Assembly: GCA_018398765.1 (NCBI GenBank)
Contig: JAHBMJ010000078.1
Location: 1 to 56,878, forward strand
DNA length: 56,878 nucleotides
Origin: Chromera velia
Lineage: Eukaryota
Reading direction: 5' to 3'
Shown piece by piece: positions 12,219 through 23,754 of the stretch; position 1 is the first letter of the stretch; each line of letters begins with the position of its first letter. The notes under the pieces were generated by a model. That model was not told where the DNA came from and searched no databases. It saw only the letters and a list, made by a program, of their open reading frames with translations. A program made the translations under genes and the position numbers.

Positions 12219-12676
12219 CGGCTTTTCTGTTGTGAGTGGCTTTTCTTGAGAATTGCTTTGCTTTTTATCGATGGTTCGCGGATAGTTGGAGAACGAAAGA
12301 AGGAAGGCGTAACGAAAAGGGAAGGGACCGCACTAGAGTTGTTTTGTCTCTTTTTGCCCGCCAACTGTCTTTCAGAAAGCACGTGCTCAAGAAGGGACAG
12401 AGGTACGCCCTGACATATGAGGAAAGCAAAACAGCGCAGCAAGCCGGAGAAACATCAAGTTTGTGCGAAATCTCTCTTTTTCCTTCGCTCTCCCTCTGTC
12501 TCTTTCTCCCTCTCTCTCTCTTCCTCTCTCTCTCTCTCTCTCTCTCTCTGAGTGAGTGAGTGAGTGAGTGAGTGAGTGTGTGTGTGTGTGTGTGCGTGTG
12601 TGTGTGTGTGTGTGCGTGCCTGTGCATGTGTGTGTGTGTGTGTGTGTGCGTGTGTGCGTGTGTGTGCGTGCGTGTG

Positions 12677-12713
<37 letters not shown>

Positions 12714-13281
12714 AGGGACGGGAGAACTACACAAAGCGGCCGATCTCTGTGAAGTTTGAGATCCCCTACTTCGTCGTGTCCGGTCAGTCAGTGAGTGGGT
12801 GAGTGAGTGAGTGGGTGGGTGAAGGGATTTCTCTGCCGCCTTTCCCCCTTTCGGTTTTCCTTCAAATCGCTGCACATGTGTCTGTGTCTGCGTCTGGGCA
12901 CGTGCGTATCTCTGCATGAGATAGCGAGCAGAACTTGAGTTAACTTATGTGAAAAAAATGCCAAATGCCGCCAGTCTGGAGAACACTGGACATCCGTGTG
13001 CAGAAGCGTCCGTTTCGTTTTTTCTTATCTCGCCTTTTTGCTCTTCTGGGGTCCTTATTTGGTCTCCATCTCTCTTTGGCTGGCTGTCTAATTCTATCGA
13101 TCAGTTCCCTTCGTTGCCTGTTTTTCTGATTCAGATTCGACCGAGTCTGTTTGTACAAATTGTTGTCTGTTCAGGCCTGACGGTTCGGTATCTGAAGATC
13201 CACGAGAAGTCGGGTTACCAGGCCCTGCCCTGGGTGCGGTACATCACTCAGAACGGGGACTATCAGTTGCGCATGTCCTAG
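6401..13281 (+). CDS. AP1M1: AP-1 adaptor complex subunit mu, 14 exons
   Basis: Exons 6401-6498, 6590-6690, 6954-7021, 7318-7350, 7641-7727, 8229-8351, 8696-8861, 9160-9238, 10046-10124, 10618-10692, 11272-11361, 12041-12164, 12714-12782, 13176-13281; GT-AG introns, frame-consistent. Motifs: [104 protein letters not shown]. Confidence 0.96.
10228..10612. repeat. (GAAT/GAAC)n microsatellite filling an AP1M intron up to the acceptor
   Basis: Directly visible. Confidence 0.95.
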
Positions 13282-14102
13282 AGCGACGGTTGTGGAGGTC
13301 TGTTCTCGATCGATCGGGATTTTTGCTGCCTGTGGGCCAGCGTGCCCCCCTCTAAATTTGTCTTTGAGTTGAAGGCTTGAAGTGACATGCACAGAGCCAC
13401 AGAATGATGATGTTATGTAGACCAATATAAACATCATCACATATGGTTTACTAGATGGTTTATAATTAGAATTTAAAAAGAAAGTCGTTAATTCAAGCTT
13501 TTTTGGGGGAATGCATTTTGAGATCTCTTCCTAGCACGTCCGCCTTACTGTGGTCCTTCCATTCCTCTACGCAGCACTATAACACATGTAGCTACATTCG
13601 AACACTGAGAACACTCTAGGTTCTATACTTAATCAGTCTTTTGCGCTTTTTTAAATATTGCAAAAGGGGTAAAAAGGGGTAGCTCAACTTAATTAGCTTG
13701 GGACTTAATTTAACACCTAGTTTGACGTACACTAGCTGCAACCAAAGATCAACATTTAGCTAAATATTTGGCTCGAACTTTCATGTGAATCTAGAAGATT
13801 TCCCCACAACTTGAATGATTAAATCTAGGAATAAATTCAGAATAATGAGCCCAATTTTTGGTGACCAACCAATAGGATAGGATAGGACTTATGTTCCGGG
13901 TTAATTATAACTTGAATGTTTTAGATCCGCGAGTCATTACTAGCGCTCCAACTGGGGTTAGGCATCCTTTAACTAACTCACTAACTATTTACATGCTCTA
14001 ATACATGTTCTAACATGCTAAAAACACATTTTTTACTATTTTCTACGCTTAAATTTATCTTTAAAAAAAAAGATGTCATGCATACAGAATGCACACACAG
14101 AA

Positions 14103-14255
14103 TTGAAAAGAACTGTAATACTAGATTACTTTCATCATCAATGATGATGATGATGATAATGAAACAATTTATAACTTTTTTCAAATGTGATGCATACACA
14201 GAAATTGTGTGTGACAGAATTCAAGTTGAAAAGAACTGTAATACTAGATTACTTT
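14103..14255. repeat. 30-bp direct repeat in AT-rich spacer
   Basis: ttgaaaagaactgtaatactagattacttt at ~14103 and ~14226. Confidence 0.85.
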
Positions 14256-17200
14256 AGATATTACTATAAAACGGCAGTAGTACAGTTTTGTAACAAAAAA
14301 TTCAAACAAAAGTTGCTGTCGATTCGTCGGCAGGAAGGGTGATTTGATTGAAACACGTGCAGGCTTTCTTTGAAGCTTTCGCGGCTTGGGCTTGTAGTTG
14401 AAGGCTCTGTCGTTCGGTCGTTAGAGGATTTGAGACAGCGGTGAGAGAAAGTAGAAGGAGAAAGCGAACAGACTGGAAAAGACCGATTTCAAAGAATTGC
14501 CCGGAGAAGGCAGAGGAGAAAGACATACAGACGGAACGAATTCCAAAGAAGGAAAGTAAGAAAGAAAGAACGAAAGAAAGAGCCAGAAGAGAAATGTAGA
14601 AACATGGAACTAGAACGGAATCATGAAAAAGGGATTTGCGAATGAATCCACCAGCCAGCCAGCCAGTCAGCCGAACAACCAGAGGGACGTCCATTGATCA
14701 TCCCTCCCACGCAGCCTTACCTTCCTTCCTTCTTGCCTTCCATAAAGGGAAGATACCATGTCCCCCATCAAATCTTCATCTCGTTGTACAGCATTCGCTT
14801 CGCTTCCATTCCATCTCATCATTGCATTCCTTCGACTTACTTCTGTTTGTTTCCTTCTCTCTTCCATCACTTCATGTCTTCCTGTCTGTCGCTTCGTTCA
14901 ATTGCTCGGTCGGTTTCCAAGCAGCATGTATTCATCCATTCATTCTTCAAAAGGGGGAAGGAAAACGAGATGGAAGGGACACAAAGAAAGAACGGAAGTG
15001 AACGAAAGAAAAGTGGCGGAAGGCGGCAATCGAAAAAGCAGGTAAAGATGGACATAGAGAAAAGGATTTCCGTCGCTCCCAAAAGAAGGAAGACTGTGAG
15101 AAAAAGAAAGAAGAAAGAACTCGCTTGAAAGGCCGCCGGCACAATACGAGCAGAAACAAAATTGAGAGAAGAAAAGAGGAGGGGAAGAAAGAAAGAAAGA
15201 TAGAAAGAAAGAAAAGAGCGCGTTTTCTCCTCTCGCTTCTGTTCACACATTTCTCTTTGTTTCTAACTGACTCCTGAATGGCGTTCTTGTTGGTGAAATT
15301 TCGTCGCTTTCTTTCTTCTCCCTTCTGCTGCAATTCCTTTCCTTCCTTCCAGTGTACGCCCTCGAAACCAAAGAAAGAAGAGGAACAAGACGAAAAGAAA
15401 AACAGGCCGCCTGCCCGTCCACTGCTGTCCCTCTCTGCACCGTCTCCCCCTCACGTTTCTCCTTCAATGGCGTGGCCTGCCTGGCTGGAATTCCTGCCTG
15501 CCTGCCTGCCTGCCTCCATTATCTTCTTCTCGCGTCGTCTCCCTCTCAGCGATCGGGCGTTGCAAAAAACTTCTTCTTCTTTCAAGTGCAGGCAATCAAG
15601 GAACAATTTTCGAAAGCTTTACTCACTGCTCAAAATGTCAAAACCATGCTCCTTGAAGCGAAAGAAAGAACGCTTCGGCCAGTCAGTCAGTCTTGCAGTC
15701 TTATCTTTGTCGGTCCTTTTTCCCTTGCCTCCTCCTCCAATATGCACGACAGCCAGAATGCGGATGAGGTAGGTGAGTCACTTTTTTAGTTGCATGTCCA
15801 GGCCTGTCTGACTCATTGCAGGGATCTCTCTCTTTCTCTGTCTTCCCTCTATTTCGGCGTTCTTCCGCCATTTCTGTTCCCTCTGTTCTCTTCTGTTCAG
15901 AGAGAATAGAGAAGAAAGGGAGGGAATGCGAAGGGTGAAACGGGGAGAGATCTCGCCTGCTCTCCCCCCCCCCCCCNCCCTCTCTCTGTAGACATGTGTT
16001 ACAGCTCCCTGCCTGCAAGTCCCTTCACTTCCCTGACACATACAGTAGATGTGTGAGGCGAGGAGATGCTGAGGTAAAAGCGGGACCCAATTTCTTCTTC
16101 CTTTACAGACAGAGAGAGAGACAACACAGATTTGAAGAGGAATGAAGAGAAAAGACAGAAAGAAAGGCGGAGAGGAGGCAGAAAGCCTTTCGGGAGGCAG
16201 AAACGAGGTTCAACTCAACAAAAGATCGAGGGGGGTGATCAGGTAGGGGGGACACGAAGAAACCGACCAAATCAGCTTAACGAACGAACCATACGGAGGA
16301 GAAAGAGAAAAAGAAGGAAAAAAATGACGCCGCCTGCAAGAAGGCATGCGTGTCATTTGACTTGCCTCAACTCACACAGGCTCGTCTTGTCGATGGAGGG
16401 AAAAGAAGGAAGGAATGAAGGAAGAAGACACGCAAACAAAACGAACAAACAAACCGGCAACAATCGATCGAGCCATCTGGATAAACGACCAAAACAGAAT
16501 TCTGAAGCAGGCCAGTGCAAACACAGACAGGGAGGGAGCACGTGAAGAAGGAGAAAACCAGACGAGAGAAGGAAAATGAGAAGGGAAGGATCTGTGTTCA
16601 CCCCTCCCCCCTCTCTCTCTTTGTTTATATTGCAATACATTCCTTTTTTCATTCGCTACCAAACTTTGGCAGGCACGTTTCCTCCGTGCCCCTTCTATTT
16701 GAATGAAGAAATGAAAAAGTTAAAGAATGAAAAAGACACCAGGAAGGAACAAAGGACTTTTTTCCGTTGTTCCTTTCTTTTGACAAGGCTGCAAAGATCG
16801 ATCTGACCCACAAAAGGAGAGGAAAAAAGAGGAGAGAGGAGAAAAGAGGAAGAGGTGCATACCATCATTTGTAATTCGTCGAACAGAGAAACATACCACT
16901 CTCTTGAGGGCTGAAGATTAAAATAAACAAAGTGACTGCACAAGATCCAGGCAGGCAGGCAGGCAGGCAGGCAAGCAGGAGGGGTTGAGGGAGGCAAGGA
17001 AGGCAGGCTCTTTTCTCCTTCCTTTGCCTGCCTGTCTCTCAGACTGTTCATTGCACCAACCGTCTCTGTCATACTCGTACAAATACAATCGGAAGAGGGG
17101 GGGGGGAGGGAGTCTTAGCAAAGAACCCATCTCTTCCTCCCCGCCTCCCTCCACTCGAACGGAGAGCCCCCTTCCTTTCCTTCTTTTTGCTCCTTCGACC

Positions 17201-18335
17201 CCTCATGCCTCCCTGCCCCCTCCAATTCATAGATCCTCCCTCACCTCTCCTCTCTCTTTTGTTGCCTAGCTCTCTTCATTTCTCCAAGCATTGAACAGGA
17301 AAACGCGCATACATTCTTTCCTTCCTTCCTTGCTTACTTCCTTCCTTCCTTCTTGCGCTGCTTGTCGAAAGAACAGAGGAACATTCGTTCCTTTTAGAGA
17401 GAAGAGCACATGCATGAAGGGAGAGGGAGAGATGTTCCTTGAGTTCACTCCCGTTTTTCTTTTTTCTCCTCGCTATTTTCTTTGTGTATTTCTGCCACTC
17501 TGTCTTCGTTCTTGAAACTGCGATTTTTTCTCCTACCTCCCTGTCTGTCTGCCTGTCTATCGGTCAGCAATGTCTCCCTCTGTCTCTCTCACGCCAAAGC
17601 ACTACGAGATAGATGCCTTCATTCATTCTATTGAAGGAGGCCGCTTTCCTTTCCTTCACTCCTTTTTGCTTGCTTGCCTGCACTGAAATTCATTTCCTTA
17701 CGTTCCCTTCCTTGCCGACTGACTTGGAAAATGATGCGACAGACACCTTTCTTTCTTCTGATTAAATTCACTTCATGCATGCACGCCTTTGAACACACAC
17801 AGACACAGACACAAAAACATACGCTACGCGAGCGTTCAAAGTTCACTTGAGCAAGAGGAGGAATCAAAATCAGTCAGTCGTGCAGTACATCTCTCTTCTC
17901 AGCCGGCCTTGCTGCAAACCATACATCCAAATCGTTCTGTCTCTCTGTAGCATACAGATCTCCTTTTCCTTCCGTCCTCCCTTCCCTCCCTCCTCGTTTC
18001 CGTTCTTCTACCACAATGAATCAATCACCAACTGCGATCCCCCTAAAACCCCTTCCGTTCCTCCCTTCCCTTGGACGCCCTCCCCACAAGCAACTCACTC
18101 CACCCGCCCATTGCACAGACGGACACGCCCTGCTCTTTCCATGTCGTCGTGCGAGAAGAAGAAGAAAAAGAAAAGGAATCGTTTTCTTGTTTCCCACACC
18201 CGCACACGCACAGATCGAGAGAATGAGAGAAAGAGAGAGGGGGGGGGAGGAAAAAAAAATACCCAAGATCGAGGAGAAGATCCCGAAGTGCCCCAAGCAA
18301 AAGAAAAAGAGCCGCCATACGATCATACACACACA

Positions 18336-18370
<35 letters not shown>

Positions 18371-19218
18371 CGGGCGCTTGCATCCTTCCCCCCCTGACCC
18401 AACCCGACCCCGCCCAACAAGCCTCAACCAACGTCTTGAAGCTCCCCCCAAACTTCCCCCCTATCCTCCTTCTGCCCCCCCCGTGAGTCTGTGTCCATCC
18501 CAGACCCCCCGCCCCATGCAGTGAATTCAAAGAGGCTCACAGCCTCCCGAAGACTCAAGACAGGGCACGGAGAACAGAATCTGTCAGGCAACAATGCATT
18601 CCTTCTCTCTCTCTTCTTCCCGAACCACCCAGAGAAAAGAGGTTCGTGCAGTGCAATTCTTCAAAAAAGTGGAGGGACGGACGTACGGATTCCAGGATGG
18701 GCGACTGTGGGGGGAGGACAAAAAAGGGAGGACCTCAACTCATTCATTCAACTTCTGTCAGCCAGTAAGTGAGGCCTTCCTTCTTCTCCCTTTTCATCTT
18801 AGGAGCTTCTTTCCTGCCTCTCTTTCAAAAAGTCGACAGACCGACAAGCACGCGGGAAGAGACGGACAGAAAGGAAGGAAGGCAGACAGAGAAGAGAGGG
18901 AGGGCGCCAGAGAAGACCGACCGATCCATACCCCCTCTCCCCTTTCTGTTCCCTACTCAACATTTGTTTCACCTTCCTTGTCTTTCCTGTTCCTTCGCCA
19001 CCCGCAGGAACTCCCTCTCTCTTGTCTAGAGCATTAGCGGACCGAGAAGACGGTCCATCGAGGTCTATCGCAACAAACATACGCACAAACGAAAAAGAAA
19101 AAAAAAGCATAGGCTCCCGCCCGCCTACCAAAAGTCAACCAACCTGACGACACACAAAGCCATTCCCTCACCCACGTCCATCCACGCTTCTCCCTCCCTC
19201 CCTCGTTCATTCACTCAC

Positions 19219-19789
19219 TCACTGTGCAGTCCCCCCATTCACATTCACAAGCCCGTTTGCACCTGTGTGCACAGCACCAGCAGCACCGTTCGCGCTCCCG
19301 TTCGGCCTCATTTCCTCCTCCTCTGCCCCCCCTCCCTGCAGAGCCCGACGCTTCTTCGCAGCCGGGATGGAGACGGTCAAGTCACCGTTGGCAAGGCTCC
19401 CCCCCGAGTCTGAGGGGAACGCCCGTGCGGCCTTCGCCTTCCCCCCCTCTCCCGCTTCCGACGGCGAGGAAGAGGACGAGGGGAGGGATCCCTCTCCTCC
19501 GGACCCGTTGGAGAGGAGACGGGAGGCCGATCTCTGCACGGCGATCTCTGCAATCTCTGCCGACTTGACCTTCTGGTAGATCTCCAGAGAGGCCTTCATG
19601 GCCTGTGCGAGGTCTGCCAGAAGGTCCTCGGGACTCTCAACGCCTATCGACAGTCTGCACTCATCACCCACCCTCCCATCCCATTCATCATCCGTTTTTT
19701 TGTACAGACAGAAATGAAAGCAAAGGAAAGGAAACGAACGGAAAGGAGGAGACACATGACGAAACAGATGCGACAAACAGAGGCGTCAG

Positions 19790-19822
<33 letters not shown>

Positions 19823-22225
19823 TACACACAGAGACACACACACATACATGCGCGCTTGCGCAGGACGAAGAGAGAGAGATCGACAGGCCGGCAGGCAGGC
19901 ACAGAGACGGACAGTAAAGGAAAAGGAGGACAGAAATCCTGCCGAAAGCCAAATGAGAGAGAGAGCAAGTCTAGGAGATACAGAAAGAAAGCACAATGAA
20001 AGGGAATAAACCCAGACACCCAGTCACACAGCCAGACTGACCGCACGAGGTCCTCCGGGAGAGATCTCATCTCTTTGGGAATGGAGGCGTGAGAGAGCAC
20101 ACAGGGCATTTCGATCAAACTGTTGCAGCTCCCGAAGCTGACGGTGATCTTGAAGAGCTTTGTGGCGTCACACACTCTTCTGCTCAGGAGCACGCTGCCC
20201 GTCTCGAAGGAGACCACCGACCCCCCCCCCTTGCACTGGCTCATGTGGAGGGCAGCTGCAGCAGGCGAGAGACCCTTGGAGCCCTCCTCGTGGGGGTCCC
20301 TTGCCAGGCCGGGGTAGTGCACGGCAGTCACCAGAGGGTGCTCGGCAAGAAATTTGGCAACCTGAACGCAGCACGGAGAGAAGATGGGGCCATTTGGTCG
20401 TTGCTGCTTTCTTTTTCACAACAATCAGTGTGCATGCCGACAAAATGTGAGCGTACAGAGGGACGCACACACATAAACCTTTTCAAATTCCTACAGCACA
20501 ACCCCTTGCTTGCTCTACCATGCCGACCGACCAAAGCACTAACCCTCTGACTGCCTGCCTGCCTGACCTTGAGAGCGTTGGCCTGCTGCTTCTCCTGTCG
20601 GAGGGCCAGGGTCTTCAGTCCTCTGAGGGTCAACCAGGAGTCGAAAGGGGCCAGCGCAGTCCCTTCAGCATTCTGTTCGTTCGGTTCGTTCGCAAAGAGG
20701 GAGGGAGAGAGGGAGATGAGAAACGAACAAACACAGGACAGGACAGGACAGGACAGGAGGCATAGGTGTGAGAGAGGAGGGAGACCTTTTCTTCCTCTTC
20801 CTTCTCTTTTCTGTCCTTTCTGTCTCGTTCGTCTCTTCAAACTAAAAAACAGGAGGAGACGCAAACAAAACCAACAACTCCGTGCAGAGAGAGGCATAGA
20901 AAGCATGCCACGTTACAGACAGACAGAGAAATTCCGAGCTAGAGGCATATTGACAACTGACACACACGGTATTCCTTTTCCACGCCCTCACAACCTCTCT
21001 CGTTCTTTCCCCCCTTTCCCATACAAGTTCCTTCTCTTCCTTGAGCCCCCCCCCCCCCTCCCACCANGGAAGGAAGGAAGGAAGGAAGGAAGGAAGAAAA
21101 AAGCCTCACTTCCCTCACGCCGCAGTGTCAGCAACCTCACAACAAAAGGCAAGGGGCCGACCAGGGAAGCGAGAAACACCTGTTTGTGACGTGCGAAGTC
21201 GGACATTCACTTCCCTCCCCCCCCCTCTGTCTCGGTCACGAACAAACGCACTCTTTCACACACAGACGCAGGGAGGGAGACGGCCCCCGACCGCCCGCCG
21301 GACCGACCTGCGAGTTTTCTGAGGTCGATGATTCTCATCAGAGGGTTCGATGGCGTCTCCACGTACACGATGCGGGTCTTGTCGGTCATGGCCTCCTCGA
21401 CGGTCTGGATCGTCGTGCAGTCAACGAACTTCACGCTGATACCCTGCAGTTATGGAGGTGGAATGGAAGGGGGTGCATGGGGAGGGGTGTACAAAGAGAG
21501 GAAAGGGAAAGACCGTGAAGAGACGGCTTGAGAGACAGAAAGAGTGGCAGAGGCAGCGGGCAGAGATCGATCGAGCGCTTCTGAGAAGGGGAGACAGCTG
21601 ACTGACGCACCTGTCGTGCAGAGATCTTGGAGAAAAGCCTGAATGCCCCCCCATAGATATCGTCGCCGCACAGGATTTCGTCCCCTGTCTTCAAAAGTCG
21701 GGTCACAGCAGTGATGGCAGCCATGCCGGAGTTGAAGGCGAAGGCCGCATGGGCGCCCTCGAGACTTGCGACAAGCTGCTCGAGGGCTGTACGCGTGGGG
21801 TTTCCACTGCGTGTGTAATCATACGGTCCGAATTTCTCGATGCTGTGCATTGCAAACGTGGCAGTCTGGTAGATAGGCATGGATGCGGGACGGTAAGGAT
21901 CATCTTGACAGGGGTCGAAGGAGACGAGGTGGGTGTCGATGTTTCCCTTCGCCGGATTGTCTCTGTATGAAGGTCGGATGGGGTAAGTGGGAAGGGAGTT
22001 GTAGTCAATGTTGAGGAGGTGATCTTCCTCGTTCTGCTCGTCTGCCAGAGTGGAGAACTCCAGGTAGCGAGGATCGTGACATTCTAGTGACTTTCTATCA
22101 GGCAAAAGAGGTGAAATTACTGGACTGTGGGTACCGCTGGGGGATCCATGCACTCCGTTAGCGAGCGGCTGCGTGCTGGGGTCAGGGGTGATCTTTCTGC
22201 AACCGTCGGCTGTTGGAGGAATCAT
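19219..22225 (-). CDS. Cystathionine beta-lyase (Cys/Met metabolism PLP enzyme, plant CBL-like); internal exons missing
   Basis: Exons 21611-22225, 21308-21443, [missing], 20568-20672, 20042-20361, 19219-19654. Motifs: PIYQTATF, YDYTRSGNPTR, FNSGMAAI, DDIYGG, ETPSNP, NAEGTALAPFDSWLTLRGLKTLALR, VHYPGL, FKITVSFGS, LVRLSIGVE. The ATG at 22225 (AAAATG) is preferred over the GTG start in the ORF track. Confidence 0.9.
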
Positions 22226-23754
22226 TTTGGGCAAAAGACAAGTCACGCACGTGATCTGAAAACGTTCAAACAGTCTGTCTGTCTGGCTTTCAGCCACTGC
22301 AGGGAAAAATGGTGCAACCCGATCCGGACTGAAAAGAGAACGAAACGATTTTGGGCGAAGACCACCTGGAATACAGAGAGTCTTTCGGAATGCTTAGCTG
22401 AAATGAATCTTCCTCAGCTTGGTCTATTCTGTGTTGAAACGAGGCAATTCAAGTCGCAATTGTTCAAGAAATGATCTCCGTCAAAGAGGGCAGCGCGAAG
22501 GGCGCGCGGAATTTGAGGGGCGAGAGGGGATTCAACTCCGTGCGAGCGGCTTCGGAACGCCGGCCGGCCCCGCAATTCCTTGCATTGTGTTTGTGGGGCA
22601 CTTATTAAATATCGCAGCTAGTAAACCTCTTTTTCAAAGAAACTTTCTTTAATCCTTTCTTTCTTTCTTTCTTTCTTTCTTTCTCATTTCTTTCTCATCT
22701 CTCCGATCACGACCCATGTTTTGCATGGACGTTGTTGGTACTGCCGCAGTGAAAGTAATACCGTTCGAAAACCAGACACTCTGCAACTGGCTGTGTCAGA
22801 GTACCATCAACTACCGCAGTTAACCTGATTACATAGACTGTTCGGCAGTTTCACACGAGTCCACCTTAGCTTTTAGCTGTACGTATATTTACGGGATACA
22901 CCCAACCAGTTGGGTGAGTGCCTCGGGGGGTTATTTAGGGGTCCGCTAATTGATGCACACCATCAGGGGCTCGGGCATGTCTAAATTGTGTACTGCCATG
23001 GGGTGGGGGCCACGGCAGTGAAGTATACTTTTCGGGACCACGCGCACGTCGTATATACATGTGCAACTCCGTGCAAGTTACTTGAGGGGCACGCATATGT
23101 AAAGTAATTATAAGGCATGTGCGATCGCGGCTCCGAGTTGCTTGATTGAGGGGTATACATTTTGGAACTCGGACGACACTGACCTGCACCGACCGTGACG
23201 GAGATAAAACCGATCCCCCCCCTAAAAATGAAAAAATACGTTATCCGAGTGCATGTGATCTCAGGGCCTCTCGGCTGATCTCAGCAGAGCTGAGCTGCTC
23301 CCCGGGGCGAAAGCAGGCCTTCCAACAACATTCCCAGGAGGCCGTGGAAACTATTCATAACGTTTTTCCTCAATACTGCTTATCTATTGTCATGTTTGGT
23401 AATCAGTGGAAGTGGTTTTGGGTACGTTTGCTTATTGTGGAAAGGTGCAGAAGTTTTGTTGCTGAGGAAAACGTTCTGTGAAACGTTCATCAGCCCCAAA
23501 GTTGCTCTGGAAGCCTTTATGTTCTGCTCATATATTCCACCTGTAGGAGTCACAAGAATGCTGGTCGAAGCCTGAGTGTGATAAATACAGGTTAGAAGCA
23601 ATCCAGAGAGAAATGTCAAAGCCCGTGTGTCACAGCTTAAGGTTGAAAGCTGCTGTATATATATCTTTGTCCATTGCAGACTTGTGCATCGAACTCCGCT
23701 GTGTCTGTCCCATTTTTATCCTGCTGTTTGAGATACCTTGACATTGATTCAGGA

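Noticed and set aside
22915..23260. Possible inverted termini of a DNA transposon
   Set aside because: Similarity between the ends is too weak and no TSD is visible.
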